64,000 nucleotides of DNA from an uncultured Holophagales bacterium. Lineage in GTDB: Bacteria > Acidobacteriota > Thermoanaerobaculia > UBA5066. The DNA lies in the NCBI GenBank assembly GCA_964561935.1, contig CAZLQX010000002.1, positions 119,930 through 183,929 on the forward strand, given 5' to 3'. This document shows positions 63,360 through 64,000 of this stretch, piece after piece. Both the position numbers and the translations under genes were made by a program. Each line of letters starts with the position of its first letter. Position 1 is the stretch's first letter. A model generated the notes under the pieces. The model did no database searches. It saw only the letters and a program-made list of their open reading frames with translations, and was not told the DNA's origin.

Positions 63360-64000
63360 GAGAGGAACTCCTCCTCGAACGCGAGCGTCCGGCTCTCGCC
63401 GTCCCACGAGACCCGCGCCCCGAACGGGAGCGGGACGTTCGGCCCCGCGTGCCCGAACGGGAGGCCGGCGGCGACCGGGATCCCGAGCCGGGAGAGCCGG
63501 TCGTGCAGGAGGCGCCGGAGCCGCTCCGGGTCCTCCTCCCCTCCGAACGTCACACGTGTCATCGAGCCCGTGATGATACCGGCCAAACGTCCGGAGCGCC
63601 CGGACGAAAGGACCGTTCCGAGCAAGCGGTCGAGACGGTACGCCTCCTCCCCGATCTCTTCGAGGAAGAGGACCGCCCCCTCGAGATCGGGTTCCCAGGG
63701 CGTCCCTGCGAGCGCCGCGAGGAGCGAGAGGCAGCCGCCCACGAGCGGCCCCTCGGCCCGGCCGGGCACGAGAACCTCCGCGGCGGGGACCCCGAGACGT
63801 GTCGGACCTCGCCCCTCGAGGACGGCCGGGAAGAACTCGGACGTCAACGGGTCGAGGGGCCTCGAGAGCTCCGCGGCGACCATCGGTCCGTGGATCGAGA
63901 CGAGGCCGCAGGCCTCCCTGAGGTACGCCGAAAGCGCCGTCACGTCCGAGAAGCCGCAATGGAGCTTCGCCGTCTCCCGGAGCCGTCCCGCGGGGAGGCG
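63356..64000 (-). CDS. ldcA: LD-carboxypeptidase (S66 family), 5' end beyond window
   Basis: GFSDVTAL (nucleophile Ser), IHGPM, GGCLSLL, LFLEEIGE, PFGH. Confidence 0.9.
   Translation of the reverse strand, partial: RLPAGRLRETAKLHCGFSDVTALSAYLREACGLVSIHGPMVAAELSRPLDPLTSEFFPAVLEGRGPTRLGVPAAEVLVPGRAEGPLVGGCLSLLAALAGTPWEPDLEGAVLFLEEIGEEAYRLDRLLGTVLSSGRSGRLAGIITGSMTRVTFGGEEDPERLRRLLHDRLSRLGIPVAAGLPFGHAGPNVPLPFGARVSWDGESRTLAFEEEFLS

Overview
A very GC-rich bacterial chromosome segment made almost entirely of housekeeping genes. The lineage is probably Acidobacteriota-like; this is inferred from gene content (fused LptF/G, long LptC/A, rpoN-hpf-hprK-rapZ-EIIA-HPr-EI cluster) and was not tested. About 60 real CDSs were called; the many long alternative-frame ORFs are GC-rich shadow ORFs. 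No rRNA, tRNA, CRISPR array, transposase or prophage was seen. The key element missing from the ORF track is a 28-bp XerC/XerD dif site at 23479-23506 (ACGTCCTATAA-GAAATA-TTATGTTAAAT), whose XerD arm is identical to E. coli dif. It lies in the only clearly AT-rich patch, at the centre of a local drop in codon GC, about 2.4 kb from where gene orientation flips (all + from 9.7-21.1 kb, all - from 21.1-64 kb), and 13 kb from xerD. The window therefore most likely spans the replication terminus. A complete parA-parB operon ends about 240 bp from dif. Chromosomal ParABS systems are normally origin-linked, this ParB has a non-canonical recognition helix, and no consensus parS was seen. It is the best candidate here for an undescribed terminus-linked partition or division-positioning system. 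Secondary observations: repeated -10 boxes 6-9 nt before SD-less start codons (leaderless mRNAs), a short tRNA nucleotidyltransferase, a cNMP-FHA fusion, an atypical STAS protein, a GSI-beta-type glutamine synthetase with Phe at the adenylylation site, and fused Lpt components. Start codons were refined by eye and are approximate.
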